Of a stretch of DNA of 64,000 nt, positions 1 to 9,155 are shown piece after piece. The translations under genes and the position numbers were made by a program. The notes under the pieces are model-generated. The model saw only the letters and a program-made list of their open reading frames with translations. It was not told the origin of the DNA and made no database searches. The DNA is from Myxococcota bacterium (GTDB lineage Bacteria; Myxococcota_A; UBA796; CAJQPC01), in the NCBI GenBank assembly GCA_036012755.1, contig DASCPX010000027.1:256001-320000 (forward strand), read 5' to 3'. Each line of letters starts with the position of its first letter. The stretch's first letter is position 1.

Positions 1-54
1 GGTGGTCGCGACCAGCGGCAACAGGCACAAGCCGAGGAGGCCCCGGCGCCTCAC
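1..54 (-). CDS. 5' end of a probable exported protein (runs off the window)
   Basis: GTG at 54 preceded by GAGGGA; reads MRRRGLLGLCLLPLVATT, which is signal-peptide-like. Confidence 0.4.
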   Translation of the reverse strand, partial: MRRRGLLGLCLLPLVATT

Positions 55-85
55 CAGTTCCCTCTGGCGCAAGTCCCGAGGGGCA

Positions 86-436
86 CTACAGTGCGGCCTT
101 CGCCTTCTCGACCACGGCGCCGAAGGCCGCGGGATCGTGGAGCGCGAGGGCGGCGAGCGCCTTGCGGTCGAGCTCGACGCCGGCCGCCTTCAGGCCGTGG
201 ATGAAGCGGCTGTACTTCAGCTCATGGGGCGTCAGCGCGGCGTTGATGCGAGTGATCCAGAGCCGGCGGAACTGGCGCTTCTTCTCCTTGCGCCCGCGGA
301 AAGCGTATGCCTCTGCCTTGAGGACGGCCTCTGTTGCCTGCCGGAAGTTGCTGCGACCGCCGAAGAAGCCCTTGGCGCGCTTCTTGAGCTTCTTGACGCG
401 GGTCTTGCGGATCGAGGCGTTGCTGACGCGTGCCAT
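86..436 (-). CDS. rplT: 50S ribosomal protein L20
   Basis: MARV...[11 protein letters not shown]...[25 protein letters not shown]...LDRKALA; infC-rpmI-rplT order. Confidence 0.98.
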   Translation of the reverse strand: MARVSNASIRKTRVKKLKKRAKGFFGGRSNFRQATEAVLKAEAYAFRGRKEKKRQFRRLWITRINAALTPHELKYSRFIHGLKAAGVELDRKALAALALHDPAAFGAVVEKAKAAL

Positions 437-544
437 GGAGTGTTCCTCTTTGGTGACCGCTTCCCAGCCCCCAACTCGAAGAGCTGGGGCGCGGTGGCGG
501 TGAGGGTGGGGGTGCGCGAGACTGCCCCGCGCGTGGCCGGATGG

Positions 545-742
545 CTACTTGTAGGGGATCAGCAGATCGAAGAGGTGCCGTTCCTGCTTCGAGATGAAGG
601 TCGGGCGGCGAGCCTTGCGCTTCCACTTCGTGGACTTCTTGGTCAGGATGTGGCGCATCTTCGAGCGCTTGAACTTGACCTTGCCGGAGGCGGTCTTCTT
701 GAAGCGCTTGGCCGCGCCCCTGTTCGTCTTCATCTTGGGCAT
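545..742 (-). CDS. rpmI: 50S ribosomal protein L35
   Basis: [23 protein letters not shown]...RHILTKK. Confidence 0.98.
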   Translation of the reverse strand: MPKMKTNRGAAKRFKKTASGKVKFKRSKMRHILTKKSTKWKRKARRPTFISKQERHLFDLLIPYK

Positions 743-773
743 CTGAAACTCTAGAAAGAGTGGACCCGCGCGA

Positions 774-1337
774 TTAACCCTTCTTCTTGATGGGGGCGAG
801 GATCATCACCATGAGCCGGCCGTCCATGCGGGGCTGCTGTTCGATGAGTCCCACGTCCTGGACCGATTCGTGGACCCTCAGGCACTGCTTGGCGCCGATG
901 TCCCGGTGGGCCATCTCCCGCCCGCGGAAGCGAACGGAGACCTTGACCTTGTCTCCGGCTTCCAGGAAGCGTCGAGTGTGCCTGCTCTTCACGTCGAAGT
1001 CGTGCTGGTCGGTCTTCGGTCGGAGCTTGACCTCTTTCAGCTGCACGATGACCTGGTTCTTCCGTGCGACGGCTTCCTTTTTCTTCTTGTCGTACTTCAG
1101 CCGTCCGTAGTCGACGATGCGACAGACGGGAGGCCGTGCGTTGGGGGCAACCTCGACCAGGTCGAGACCCTGCTCGCGGGCCAGGTCGATAGCGTCCCGG
1201 GTCATGAACTCGCCGAGCTTTCCGCCATCGGCGTCGATGACCAGCACTCGAGGAACGCGTATGCGCTCGTTGACCCGGGGTTCATTCGTCTTCGGCAGCT
1301 CGTTCAGACGGCGGCGGCCGCGTCCTCCTCGCCTCAA
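774..1337 (-). CDS. infC: Translation initiation factor IF-3 (TTG start)
   Basis: RVNERIR...[21 protein letters not shown]...KEVKLRPK...GDKVKV..RFRGRE; TTG directly after an in-frame TGA, GGAGAG upstream. Confidence 0.97.
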   Translation of the reverse strand: MRRGGRGRRRLNELPKTNEPRVNERIRVPRVLVIDADGGKLGEFMTRDAIDLAREQGLDLVEVAPNARPPVCRIVDYGRLKYDKKKKEAVARKNQVIVQLKEVKLRPKTDQHDFDVKSRHTRRFLEAGDKVKVSVRFRGREMAHRDIGAKQCLRVHESVQDVGLIEQQPRMDGRLMVMILAPIKKKG

Positions 1338-1398
1338 TCAACTCTCCATGTGTCGGGATCTGGGCGCACCACACCGTTTGCGGGGAACCCGGTCCTCG

Positions 1399-1427
1399 TT
1401 TCTACCCGTGAGCCTGTGGGCTGTCAA
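1399..1427 (-). promoter_or_regulatory. Sigma70-type promoter for infC-rpmI-rplT
   Basis: Minus strand TTGACA-N17-TAGAAA, about 60 nt upstream of infC. Confidence 0.6.
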
Positions 1428-1450
1428 TGACAGTTCAGCCGGTCAGAATC

Positions 1451-1488
1451 AGAAAGAAATGAGGCGAGGTCCTTGAGAACCTCGCCTC
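1451..1488 (-). terminator. Intrinsic terminator after tRNA-Val
   Basis: 10-bp stem GAGGCGAGGT/ACCTCGCCTC followed on the minus strand by ATTTCTTTCT. Confidence 0.8.
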
Positions 1489-1490
1489 GA

Positions 1491-1565
1491 TGGTTGGCCC
1501 GCGCAGATTTGAACTGCGGACCCCCGCCGTGTCAGGACGGTGCTCTCCCACTGAGCTACGAGCCA
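1491..1565 (-). tRNA. tRNA-Val (anticodon GAC)
   Basis: Minus strand TGGCTCG TAGCTCAGTGGGAGAGC A CCGTC CT-GAC-AC GGCGG GGGTC CGCAG TTCAAAT CTGCG CGGGCCA A CCA: complete cloverleaf with encoded CCA. Confidence 0.96.
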
Positions 1566-2197
1566 AGGTCGCCGAATCGCTCCGGCTCCCGGCATCTATA
1601 CCCACCCGGTTGTTGCGTCAAGGCCCTCACGACGCCCTCGCCGACGTCGTGGTGAGCCCTCTCTGGAGTCGGCGCTCCTGGCCGGATTTCGTGGAGCGAG
1701 ACCGGTCGAGCGTCAGTGATTCCGCAGGGCGTGAGCCCTTGCCACGAGCATGGAGACACGCGCAGGTTGAGGGCGAAGCCATGGATCGACACCCCCCGCG
1801 AGAAGTGCAGCCCGATGCTGGCGATCTTGCCGATCGGGTGCCAGACGCCCGGGTAGCCGTCGCGCCGGCCGAAGTCGTCACCGAGGAAGTCGATCAGCCC
1901 CTGCTCGAGGGCGTGCACGGTCGCCCTCGCGCCCAGCCCGCGGGAGCGCAGGTCGCAGACGAGGTACCCGACGAGCTGTCCGGGTCCGTGCCAGGTCGCG
2001 AGGCCTCCGCGTTCGGTCCGGACGACCGCTGTCTCATCGATGTCGACGGACCGCCTCCCCGTGGTCACGACGGCGCGATGCTCGAGGAGCGCGAGGACCT
2101 CGGGTCCACCCTCCCAGACGCCCACCCGGCGCCGCTTCTGGCGCTCCCACGCCTCGACGAAGGGCACGTCGCTCCCCCACCACTCGACGGGGATCAC
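1556..2197 (-). CDS. lipB: Lipoyl(octanoyl) transferase LipB
   Basis: LLEH..V.T.GR, ERGGLATWHGPGQLVGY, KIASIG, HGFALN, PCG motifs. Confidence 0.93.
   Translation of the reverse strand: MIPVEWWGSDVPFVEAWERQKRRRVGVWEGGPEVLALLEHRAVVTTGRRSVDIDETAVVRTERGGLATWHGPGQLVGYLVCDLRSRGLGARATVHALEQGLIDFLGDDFGRRDGYPGVWHPIGKIASIGLHFSRGVSIHGFALNLRVSPCSWQGLTPCGITDARPVSLHEIRPGAPTPERAHHDVGEGVVRALTQQPGGYRCREPERFGDLGS
1593..1621 (-). promoter_or_regulatory. Probable sigma70 promoter for tRNA-Val, inside the lipB 3' end
   Basis: Minus strand TTGACG-N17-TAGATG (TATAGA overlaps), about 27 nt upstream of the tRNA. Confidence 0.45.
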
Positions 2198-3405
2198 GCA
2201 TCACCGCGATGTGCGTCCTCTTCGAAGTACTGGGAGGCCTGGTAGCGCCGGCTCCACTCGGCGAGCAGCACCTGGGCGGCGGCGGTCACCGGGATCGCCA
2301 GCAACATCCCCCAGATGCCGAAGAGGTTGCCGCCGACGATCAAGGCCAGCATCACGACGAAGGGGTGGAGACCGACCTTGTCACCGACGATGTAGGGCGT
2401 GAGCACGAAGCCCTCGATGCCTTGCACGATGGCGAAGACGGCCCAGACCTCCAAGAGGTGGATGTCGAAGCCGAACTTCAGGATGGCCAGCAGGGAGGCG
2501 AGGAGGACGCCTACGACGGTGCCCAGGTAGGGCACGATGAAGAGCACGCCAGCGACGACACCGACGACGATGGCGAGATCGATACCCGTGAGCAGCAAGC
2601 CCAGGCTGTAGAGGACGGCCAGGCAGAGGCACACGGTGGTCTGACCGCGCACGAAGCTGGCCAGCCTTTCATCGATCTCCTTGCTCAGCCGCCGGATGAT
2701 GGGGCGGTTCCGCGGCGGGATCATGCGGTCGATGCCAGCGATGATCCGGTCCCAGTCCCGCAGCAGGTAGAAGGTGAAGATCGGCAACAGGGCGAGGTTG
2801 AGCACCGCGATCACGAAGTGGAAGCCGCCGGAGAGCGTCGTGCTCAGGATCCCCGCCAGGCGCCCGCCGACATCCGGGGCCGCATCCGACAACAGCGTGC
2901 TGATGCCCCCTTCCTCGCCGCTGTCCTCGACCAGCGCGACCTCCAGCTCGTGGAGGATCTCCTCGCCCGTGATCGGGATGGGTTGCCCGAGCCGCTCCTC
3001 CGCGATCGCGTGGACCTGGGTGAGGCGCTCCTGGAGACCGTCGACGTAGGCACCGACGTTGCCAGCGAGCTCGGCGAACTCCCGTCCGGCGGAAGGAACG
3101 ACCACGAGCATGAGAAACCCACAGGCCAGCGCGATGCCCGTGAACAGGATGCCGATCCCGACCTCCCGCTTCATCCCGCGAGCCTCGAAGCGGTCGATGA
3201 TGGGGTCCAAAAGGTAGGCGAAGACGATGGCGGCGAAGAGGATCGCGAACACCGAGCGCAGCAGGTAGACGATCCCGAGGCCCAGGAGAATGAGCCCCGC
3301 GGCCCAGAAGATCCGCTCCCGGAGTCCGACCCGCTTCTTGTCGGGGGGGCGACGAACCAGGGGTCGCGGCCCACCGGCGGTCGAGGTCTTTCGGCGACGA
3401 ATCAT
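2194..3405 (-). CDS. AI-2E (PerM) family transporter
   Basis: Multi-TM protein with AYLLDP, FYLLRD, FVRGQ, VPYLG, QGIEG.VLTP, GLHP, GMLLAIP motifs. Confidence 0.9.
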   Translation of the reverse strand: MIRRRKTSTAGGPRPLVRRPPDKKRVGLRERIFWAAGLILLGLGIVYLLRSVFAILFAAIVFAYLLDPIIDRFEARGMKREVGIGILFTGIALACGFLMLVVVPSAGREFAELAGNVGAYVDGLQERLTQVHAIAEERLGQPIPITGEEILHELEVALVEDSGEEGGISTLLSDAAPDVGGRLAGILSTTLSGGFHFVIAVLNLALLPIFTFYLLRDWDRIIAGIDRMIPPRNRPIIRRLSKEIDERLASFVRGQTTVCLCLAVLYSLGLLLTGIDLAIVVGVVAGVLFIVPYLGTVVGVLLASLLAILKFGFDIHLLEVWAVFAIVQGIEGFVLTPYIVGDKVGLHPFVVMLALIVGGNLFGIWGMLLAIPVTAAAQVLLAEWSRRYQASQYFEEDAHRGDA

Positions 3406-4118
3406 GGTTCCACCACTACTACGACGTGCCCGTCCGCGAGGACGGAAGTGCCAGCGAGCTGCCTCAGGCGACCAGCACCCTCCTCGTCGAGGACGATGTC
3501 ACAGCCCTTGGCGCCCGCTGCGATGAGGACCAGCGGGGACTCGCCGATGCGATCACCTGCAGGAGGATCGGCCGGATCCCCGACCCAGGTCACGGGGCGT
3601 CGCCTCGCCGCAGCTTCGGTCGCCATCGAGGCCGCACCGAAGACCTCTGAGAGGTCCGGTCCGAGGAGCCGCGGAGCCAGGCAGGGCTCGGCGGGCACAT
3701 CGCGGGCATCGACGAGGACACCAGAGAGCGTCGAGGTGCGCCCGTCGCGCTCGCCGGCCGCGTCCTCGACGAGGGTGCCGCGGAGCCACTCGTGGAGATC
3801 CAGCTCTGCCTCCAGTTCGACCAGGCCGCTGGTGTGGTAGGTCGTCTGCGTGATTCGCCAGGCGCCCTCGAGCTCGGCGCCGAGCTCACCGGCGAGACGC
3901 TCGCTGTCATAGGCGAGGGTTCCTGCCTGTTCGACGAGTCTCAGCTCCAGCTGGGCGAGCGCGGCCTGCTCGGCGACCTTCACGTCGCTCCAGGCGCCGG
4001 TGTTCGGGTCTCCGGCCGAGCGCACCATGAGGCGCCCCTCGGTCCAGTCCACCTGTCCCTGTGGCAGGTCCACGACCACCGGGCCGGCCAAGGCGACATC
4101 GAGCAACAACGAGCTCAC
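3402..4118 (-). CDS. Exported hypothetical protein (LPP20-associated-like)
   Basis: GTG at 4118 overlaps the dnaE stop (GTGA); hydrophobic N-terminus, VDWTEG and SGVLVDAR...LAPRLL motifs; the upstream part of the tracked ORF lies inside dnaE. Confidence 0.65.
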   Translation of the reverse strand: MSSLLLDVALAGPVVVDLPQGQVDWTEGRLMVRSAGDPNTGAWSDVKVAEQAALAQLELRLVEQAGTLAYDSERLAGELGAELEGAWRITQTTYHTSGLVELEAELDLHEWLRGTLVEDAAGERDGRTSTLSGVLVDARDVPAEPCLAPRLLGPDLSEVFGAASMATEAAARRRPVTWVGDPADPPAGDRIGESPLVLIAAGAKGCDIVLDEEGAGRLRQLAGTSVLADGHVVVVVEP

Positions 4119-7100
4119 TCGAAGCTCACGACGTCGCGACGGCGGAGCAGCGCTGCCGCCTCGTCCTTGAGCTCCTGGCAGGCCAGGACACGGCGAGCCT
4201 CCGGGAGCTCCAAGACGAGGTGCACCGCGTCGTCTCGGCGAACGCGGAGGAAGACCGGGACCGTGCCCGCGTGGCGCTCGAGGAGCCCCTCGATACTGCG
4301 GAGCGTGCGCTTGCTGCGTGCCTCGGCGTGTCCCAGCTCCAACACGACACGACTGGTGGCCTTGCGCCGCAGCTCGCTCAGGAGCTCGGCTGACTCGGCC
4401 CTCAGCTTGACGCCCTCTGGAGACTTCTCGAGCCTGCCGCGGACCAGCACGGGCTCGCCCTGGCCCAGGGTCTTCTCCGACTCGGCCCAGGGCTTGCTGA
4501 AGAACACGCACTCCACCGACCCGGTCTCGTCGTCGAGGAAGACGAAGCCCATCTTGTCCCCGCGCTTGGTCCGCACCGCCCTGTGGGACGCCCGCATACC
4601 CGCGATCAGCACGTTGTCGCCGTCACCGTGCAGCTCGAGGTCCCCGATGCGACACGTGGCCCGCGCATCGACGAGCTCGGCGAAGGCCGTGACCGGGTGC
4701 CCGCTGAGGAAGAAGCCGAGGGCCTCGCGCTCCATCTGAAGCTCCTTCGCCAGGGACCACTGTGGGCTGTCCGGCATGCGGAAGGAGGGCTTGTTGGCCC
4801 CGCCGCCGAGCATGGAGAACAGCCCGACCTGGCCAGAAGCCTTGTCTGCCTGCTCCCGCTGGGCGTAGGCCAGCGCGCTCTCGATGGCGTCGAAGAGCTG
4901 CGCGCGATGGTGACCGGTCCAGTCGAAGGCGCCCGCCTTCACCAGGCTCTCGAGCACCTTCTTGTTGATCTGCTGCAGGTCCATGCGCTCCAGGAAGTCG
5001 ATGAAGTCAGCGAAGGGGCCAGACTCGCGGGCCCGCTCGAGCCCCTCGACCGCACCGCGTCCGACCCCCTTCAGGGCGCCGAGACCATAGCGGATGGAGG
5101 TCCGCGCCTCCGCCCGCACGTCGAAGCCATAGTGGGACTCGTTCGCGTCCGGAGGGAGGATCTCCAGGCCCGCTCGCTTGCAGTCGCTGATGTAGAGCAG
5201 GATCTTGTCGGTGTTGCCCGACTCGATGGTCATCAGGGCGGCCATGTACTCGGCGCGGTGGTTCGCCTTGAGCCAGGCCGTCTGGTAGCTGATGTAGCCA
5301 TAGGCGGCGCTGTGGCTCTTGTTGAAGCCATAGGCGGCGAACTTGGCGAGCAGGTCGAAGATCTCCTGCGCCTTGCCCTCTGCGAAGCCGTTGGCGACCG
5401 CGCCGTCCAGGAAGCGCTGGCGCTGCTTTGCCATCTCGGAGGCCTTCTTCTTGCCCATCGCGCGCCTGAGCAGGTCTGCCTCGCCCAGCGAGTAGCTCGC
5501 CATCACCTGGGCGATCTGCATGACCTGTTCCTGGTAGACGACCACCCCGTAGGTCGACCGAAGGATGGACTCCAGCTCGGGCAGCGGGAACACGACCCGC
5601 TTGCGCCCGTGCTTTCGATCGACGAAGTCGTCGACCATGCCCGAGTTCAGCGGACCAGGTCGGTACAAGGCGACGAGCGCGACCACGTCGGCGAGGCAGT
5701 CGGGCCGGAGCTTGGTGAGGAGCTCGCGCATGCCGCTGGACTCGACCTGGAAGACCCCGAGTCCGTCCCCGCGGGACAGCAGCTCGAAGGCCGCGGGGTC
5801 GTGCTCGTCGACGGTGCTCATGTCGATCTTCTCGCCGGTGTTGCGCTCGATGAGCGCGACGGCGTCGCGGATCTGGTCGAGGGTCTTCAGCCCGAGGAAG
5901 TCGAACTTGATGAGACCGATCGACTCGGCCGAGCCCATGTCGAACTGGACGACCGGCCCACCATCGGGCCCGTCGCGGTAGAGCGGGCAGAGCTCGACCA
6001 GCGGTCGGTCCGCGATGACCACCCCCGCGGCGTGCACTCCGGTCTGGCGTGTGTGGCCCTCGACCGTGCGCGCGAGGGAGTAGACCCGCCGCACCCGTGG
6101 GTCGCCGTCGTGGAGCCTGGACAGCGCCTCCTCTGTCAGCGCCTCCTCGAGGGTGATGCCGAGCTCGTTCGGGATGAGCTTCGAGATGCGGTCGGCGTCG
6201 TTGAAGGTGATGTCGCAGACCCGCGCGACGTCACGCACCGCGGCCTTCGCCTTCAGGTTCCCGTAGGTGATGATCTGGGCGACGTAGTCCTTGCCGTACT
6301 TCTGGCGCGTGTGCTCTATGACCTCCTCGCGGCGGTCCTGGCAGAAGTCGATGTCGACGTCCGGCATCGAGACGCGCTCGGGGTTCAAGAAGCGCTCGAA
6401 GAGCAGGTCGAACTTCAGTGGATCGACGTCGGTGATGCGCATCGAGTACGCCACCAGCGAGCCAGCCGCCGAGCCGCGGCCGGGGCCGACGGGGATGTCC
6501 TGGTCCTTTGCCCAGTTGATGAACTCGGCGACGATCAGGAAGTAGGCCGAGAACCCCATCTTCTCGATGATCGAGAACTCGGTCTCCAGCCGCTCCCAGT
6601 AGCCCGGATGCTCGGCCTCCGGAATGCGCTCGAGGCGCTTGTGGAGCCCGCGACTCGCGTACCACTCGAAGTAGCCGTCCAGGCTGCCAGCCCCCGGTCC
6701 CGGGCTGGCGTCGAAGTCCTTCGGAGGGGGAAAGGCCTGGTAGAAGAAGCTCCGGTTGGCCTCTGTGTCTCCCTCCTCCGGCGGCTTGCTCGCCGGGAAG
6801 TAGTAGGTGTCGTCGTCGAAAGCGAACTGGCAGCGCTCCGCGATGAGCGCGGTCCGGTCGAGGGCCTCTGCGTCGTGCGGGAACAGCGCCCGCATCTGCT
6901 CCTCGCTCTTGAGGTAGAGCTGGTCCGTGACCGGGCGGCGGCGCTTGAGGTCGTTGAGCGAGGTGCCCGCGCCGATGCACTGGACGAGGTCGAGGCTCGG
7001 CGCGTCGATGGGCCGGAGGTAGTGCACGGCGTTGGTGACGACGGTCTGGTTCCCGAAGCGCGCGGCCAACTCCCGACAGCCCTCGTTGGCCCGGTCGTCT

Positions 7101-7642
7101 CCGTCGAAGCCGACGTCTTGGAGCTCCAGGTAGAGGTGTTCGGCGTCGAAGACCTCGGCGAGGCCCTCGAACTTCCAGCGCGCCTCGTCGATCCGGCCGC
7201 GCGCAAGGGCGTCGCGCACCGGGCCGCGCATGCCAGAGGTCAGCGCGATGAGCCCCTCGGCTCGGCCCCTGAGGATGTCGAGGTCGACCCGCGGCTTGTA
7301 GTACATGCCCTCGAAGATCGCCTCTGTGAGCAGCGCGCAGAGGTTGCGGTAGCCCTGGTCGTTCTCGATCAGCAGCAGCAGGTGGTAGCCGCCCAGCGGC
7401 CCCGCTGGATCTCGCGTCCCGATGCCCTCGTGCTGCACCCAGACCCCCGCCCCGAAGACCGGGTGCACCCCCGCGGCCTTGCAGCTGTCGTGGAACTGCA
7501 CCGCGCCGTAGAGGTTGCAGTGGTCGGTGAGCGCGACGGCTGGCTGCTCGAGGGCGGCCACGGCCGGAGCCAGCTTCTTCAGCGCCAGCGCGCTGTCCAA
7601 CAGCGAGTACTGGCTGTGGACGTGGAGGTGGGCGAAGGCCAC
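4115..7642 (-). CDS. dnaE: DNA polymerase III alpha subunit
   Basis: HLHVHSQYS PHP domain, GPGRGSAAGS, FERFLNPERVSMPDVDIDF, KFDFLGL, YGFNKSH, C-terminal OB fold. Confidence 0.98.
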   Translation of the reverse strand: MAFAHLHVHSQYSLLDSALALKKLAPAVAALEQPAVALTDHCNLYGAVQFHDSCKAAGVHPVFGAGVWVQHEGIGTRDPAGPLGGYHLLLLIENDQGYRNLCALLTEAIFEGMYYKPRVDLDILRGRAEGLIALTSGMRGPVRDALARGRIDEARWKFEGLAEVFDAEHLYLELQDVGFDGDDRANEGCRELAARFGNQTVVTNAVHYLRPIDAPSLDLVQCIGAGTSLNDLKRRRPVTDQLYLKSEEQMRALFPHDAEALDRTALIAERCQFAFDDDTYYFPASKPPEEGDTEANRSFFYQAFPPPKDFDASPGPGAGSLDGYFEWYASRGLHKRLERIPEAEHPGYWERLETEFSIIEKMGFSAYFLIVAEFINWAKDQDIPVGPGRGSAAGSLVAYSMRITDVDPLKFDLLFERFLNPERVSMPDVDIDFCQDRREEVIEHTRQKYGKDYVAQIITYGNLKAKAAVRDVARVCDITFNDADRISKLIPNELGITLEEALTEEALSRLHDGDPRVRRVYSLARTVEGHTRQTGVHAAGVVIADRPLVELCPLYRDGPDGGPVVQFDMGSAESIGLIKFDFLGLKTLDQIRDAVALIERNTGEKIDMSTVDEHDPAAFELLSRGDGLGVFQVESSGMRELLTKLRPDCLADVVALVALYRPGPLNSGMVDDFVDRKHGRKRVVFPLPELESILRSTYGVVVYQEQVMQIAQVMASYSLGEADLLRRAMGKKKASEMAKQRQRFLDGAVANGFAEGKAQEIFDLLAKFAAYGFNKSHSAAYGYISYQTAWLKANHRAEYMAALMTIESGNTDKILLYISDCKRAGLEILPPDANESHYGFDVRAEARTSIRYGLGALKGVGRGAVEGLERARESGPFADFIDFLERMDLQQINKKVLESLVKAGAFDWTGHHRAQLFDAIESALAYAQREQADKASGQVGLFSMLGGGANKPSFRMPDSPQWSLAKELQMEREALGFFLSGHPVTAFAELVDARATCRIGDLELHGDGDNVLIAGMRASHRAVRTKRGDKMGFVFLDDETGSVECVFFSKPWAESEKTLGQGEPVLVRGRLEKSPEGVKLRAESAELLSELRRKATSRVVLELGHAEARSKRTLRSIEGLLERHAGTVPVFLRVRRDDAVHLVLELPEARRVLACQELKDEAAALLRRRDVVSFE

Positions 7643-7645
7643 GAG

Positions 7646-9112
7646 CTAGCCGAGTTCGTACAGGTTGATGTACCGGCTGCCCTGGATCGGGATGCGCCCG
7701 AGCATGGTGGTCTTCTTGTTCACCTGGCGGCGCCCGACCTCTGTGAGCAACACGCGGCCGCGATGAGCGGAGAGGTTCATCATCCACCGGGCCAGGTAGA
7801 AGGGCCCGGCGAGCTCCCAGCCGTCCTGCGGGCGCCGTGTGTCCGGGGTCAGGCGGGCGACACCTGGGGCCACCCCGGCGCTGAGCCGATAGCCGGCGCG
7901 CAGCGTGGCCTGTTGCAGCGCCAGAGCGGCACGGACCGCGCGACTGACTGTCTCCCGAAGGCCGCCGCGGGCAACCCAGACCACCAACAGCGAACCCTCG
8001 GCCTGCTCCCACATCTCCCCGCCGAGATCGTTCACGATCCCGGTCCACTCCTGCGTGAGCGAGGCCAGCGTCGCCCGGGGAGCGGCGATGCTACGCGGTG
8101 GTGGCGACGCCTCGACGGCCAGCACCACGACGGCGCTGGGAGGCATCGAGCGTGGCGGACGCTTCGTCGGCTGCCGGCCCTCCGCCTTCGCCGTGGCGAC
8201 CTCGATGACCTCCTTCATGTAGGTGGCGAGGTCCGTGTTGTTGGCCCTGAGCCCCTCGCGAACGATGATGGCGGACAGCGAGTCGAGCATCTCGCCCGCG
8301 TCGGCGAAGCGCTGCTCCGGGTACCGTGACAGGGCCTTGAGCAGGAAGTCCTCGAGCTCCTCGGAGAGATCCGGGCGGAAGCCGCGCGGGCTCGGGACCT
8401 CTGCTCGCTTCACCCGGGCCAGCGTGTCCTCGCGCGAGCGCGCCTTGAACAGGCGGCGGCCAGTCAACAGCTCGTAGGCGACGATGCCGAGGGAGAACTG
8501 GTCGGAGCGCCCGTCCAGCGGCTTTCCTTCGACCTGCTCGGGGCTCATGTAGGCGTACTTGCCGCGGATGACGTCGTGCTGCTCGGTGGCCTGGAAGCTG
8601 GCCCGCGAGATGCCGAAGTCCGTGATCTTCACCTCGCCCGAGAAGCTGATCAGCAGGTTCTGGGGCGAGATGTCGCAGTGGACGATGTTGAGGTGACGGC
8701 CCTCGTCGTCGCGCCTGTCGTGGGCGAACTGCAGCGCCTTGAGCGCCTCGACCAGCACGAAGGTGGCGAGGTGGATCGGGAAGGCACCGACCTTGTTGGC
8801 ACGGTTCACGAGGCGGGCGAGATCCAGCCCGTGCACGTACTCCATCGCCATGTAGTAGGAGCCGTTCTCCTCGCCGAGCTCGAAGACCTGAACGATGTTG
8901 ACGTGGATGAGGCTGACCGCGATGCGGGCCTCGTCGATGAACAGGTTGACGAACTCCTCGTCACGGCTGAGGTGGTCGAGGATCCGCTTGATCACCAGGA
9001 TCTTCTCGAAGCCCGCCATCCCGTAGCTGCGGGCCCTGTAGACCTCGGCCATGCCGCCCGTGGCGATCTTCTCGAGCAGGTGGTACTTGCCGAAGACCTC
9101 AGGCTGTGCCAC
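7646..9112 (-). CDS. Hanks-type Ser/Thr protein kinase with a degenerate C-terminal nucleotidyl-cyclase-like domain
   Basis: IATGGMAEVY, VIKRI, HCDISPQN, DFG, YMSPE, D.FSLG; start at GTG 9112 (or 9118) after GGGAG, which avoids overlap with mazG. Confidence 0.88.
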   Translation of the reverse strand: MAQPEVFGKYHLLEKIATGGMAEVYRARSYGMAGFEKILVIKRILDHLSRDEEFVNLFIDEARIAVSLIHVNIVQVFELGEENGSYYMAMEYVHGLDLARLVNRANKVGAFPIHLATFVLVEALKALQFAHDRRDDEGRHLNIVHCDISPQNLLISFSGEVKITDFGISRASFQATEQHDVIRGKYAYMSPEQVEGKPLDGRSDQFSLGIVAYELLTGRRLFKARSREDTLARVKRAEVPSPRGFRPDLSEELEDFLLKALSRYPEQRFADAGEMLDSLSAIIVREGLRANNTDLATYMKEVIEVATAKAEGRQPTKRPPRSMPPSAVVVLAVEASPPPRSIAAPRATLASLTQEWTGIVNDLGGEMWEQAEGSLLVVWVARGGLRETVSRAVRAALALQQATLRAGYRLSAGVAPGVARLTPDTRRPQDGWELAGPFYLARWMMNLSAHRGRVLLTEVGRRQVNKKTTMLGRIPIQGSRYINLYELG

Positions 9113-9155
9113 GACCACGCTCCCAGGACCGCTGGTACATATCACTCGGGACCCC

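Noticed and set aside
1441..1565. tRNA-Val as an island integration site
   Set aside because: No integrase, no duplicated tRNA 3' end seen, housekeeping genes on both sides
4119..4511. Long N-terminal extensions in tracked ORFs (also 12133-12360, 25816-26205, 9113-9184, 54238-54327)
   Set aside because: They overlap neighbouring genes; better starts exist at stop/start overlaps or after SD motifs
4115..7642. Intein in dnaE
   Set aside because: Length is normal and no intein splice-junction motifs were seen
4583..8329. 1248-aa plus-strand ORF, and similar long antisense ORFs (12846-15008, 30560-33616, 34797-37148, 45123-47162, 47561-49777, 55369-57915, 58192-60429)
   Set aside because: They mirror recognisable genes on the other strand; high-GC codon bias depletes antisense stops; no family motifs
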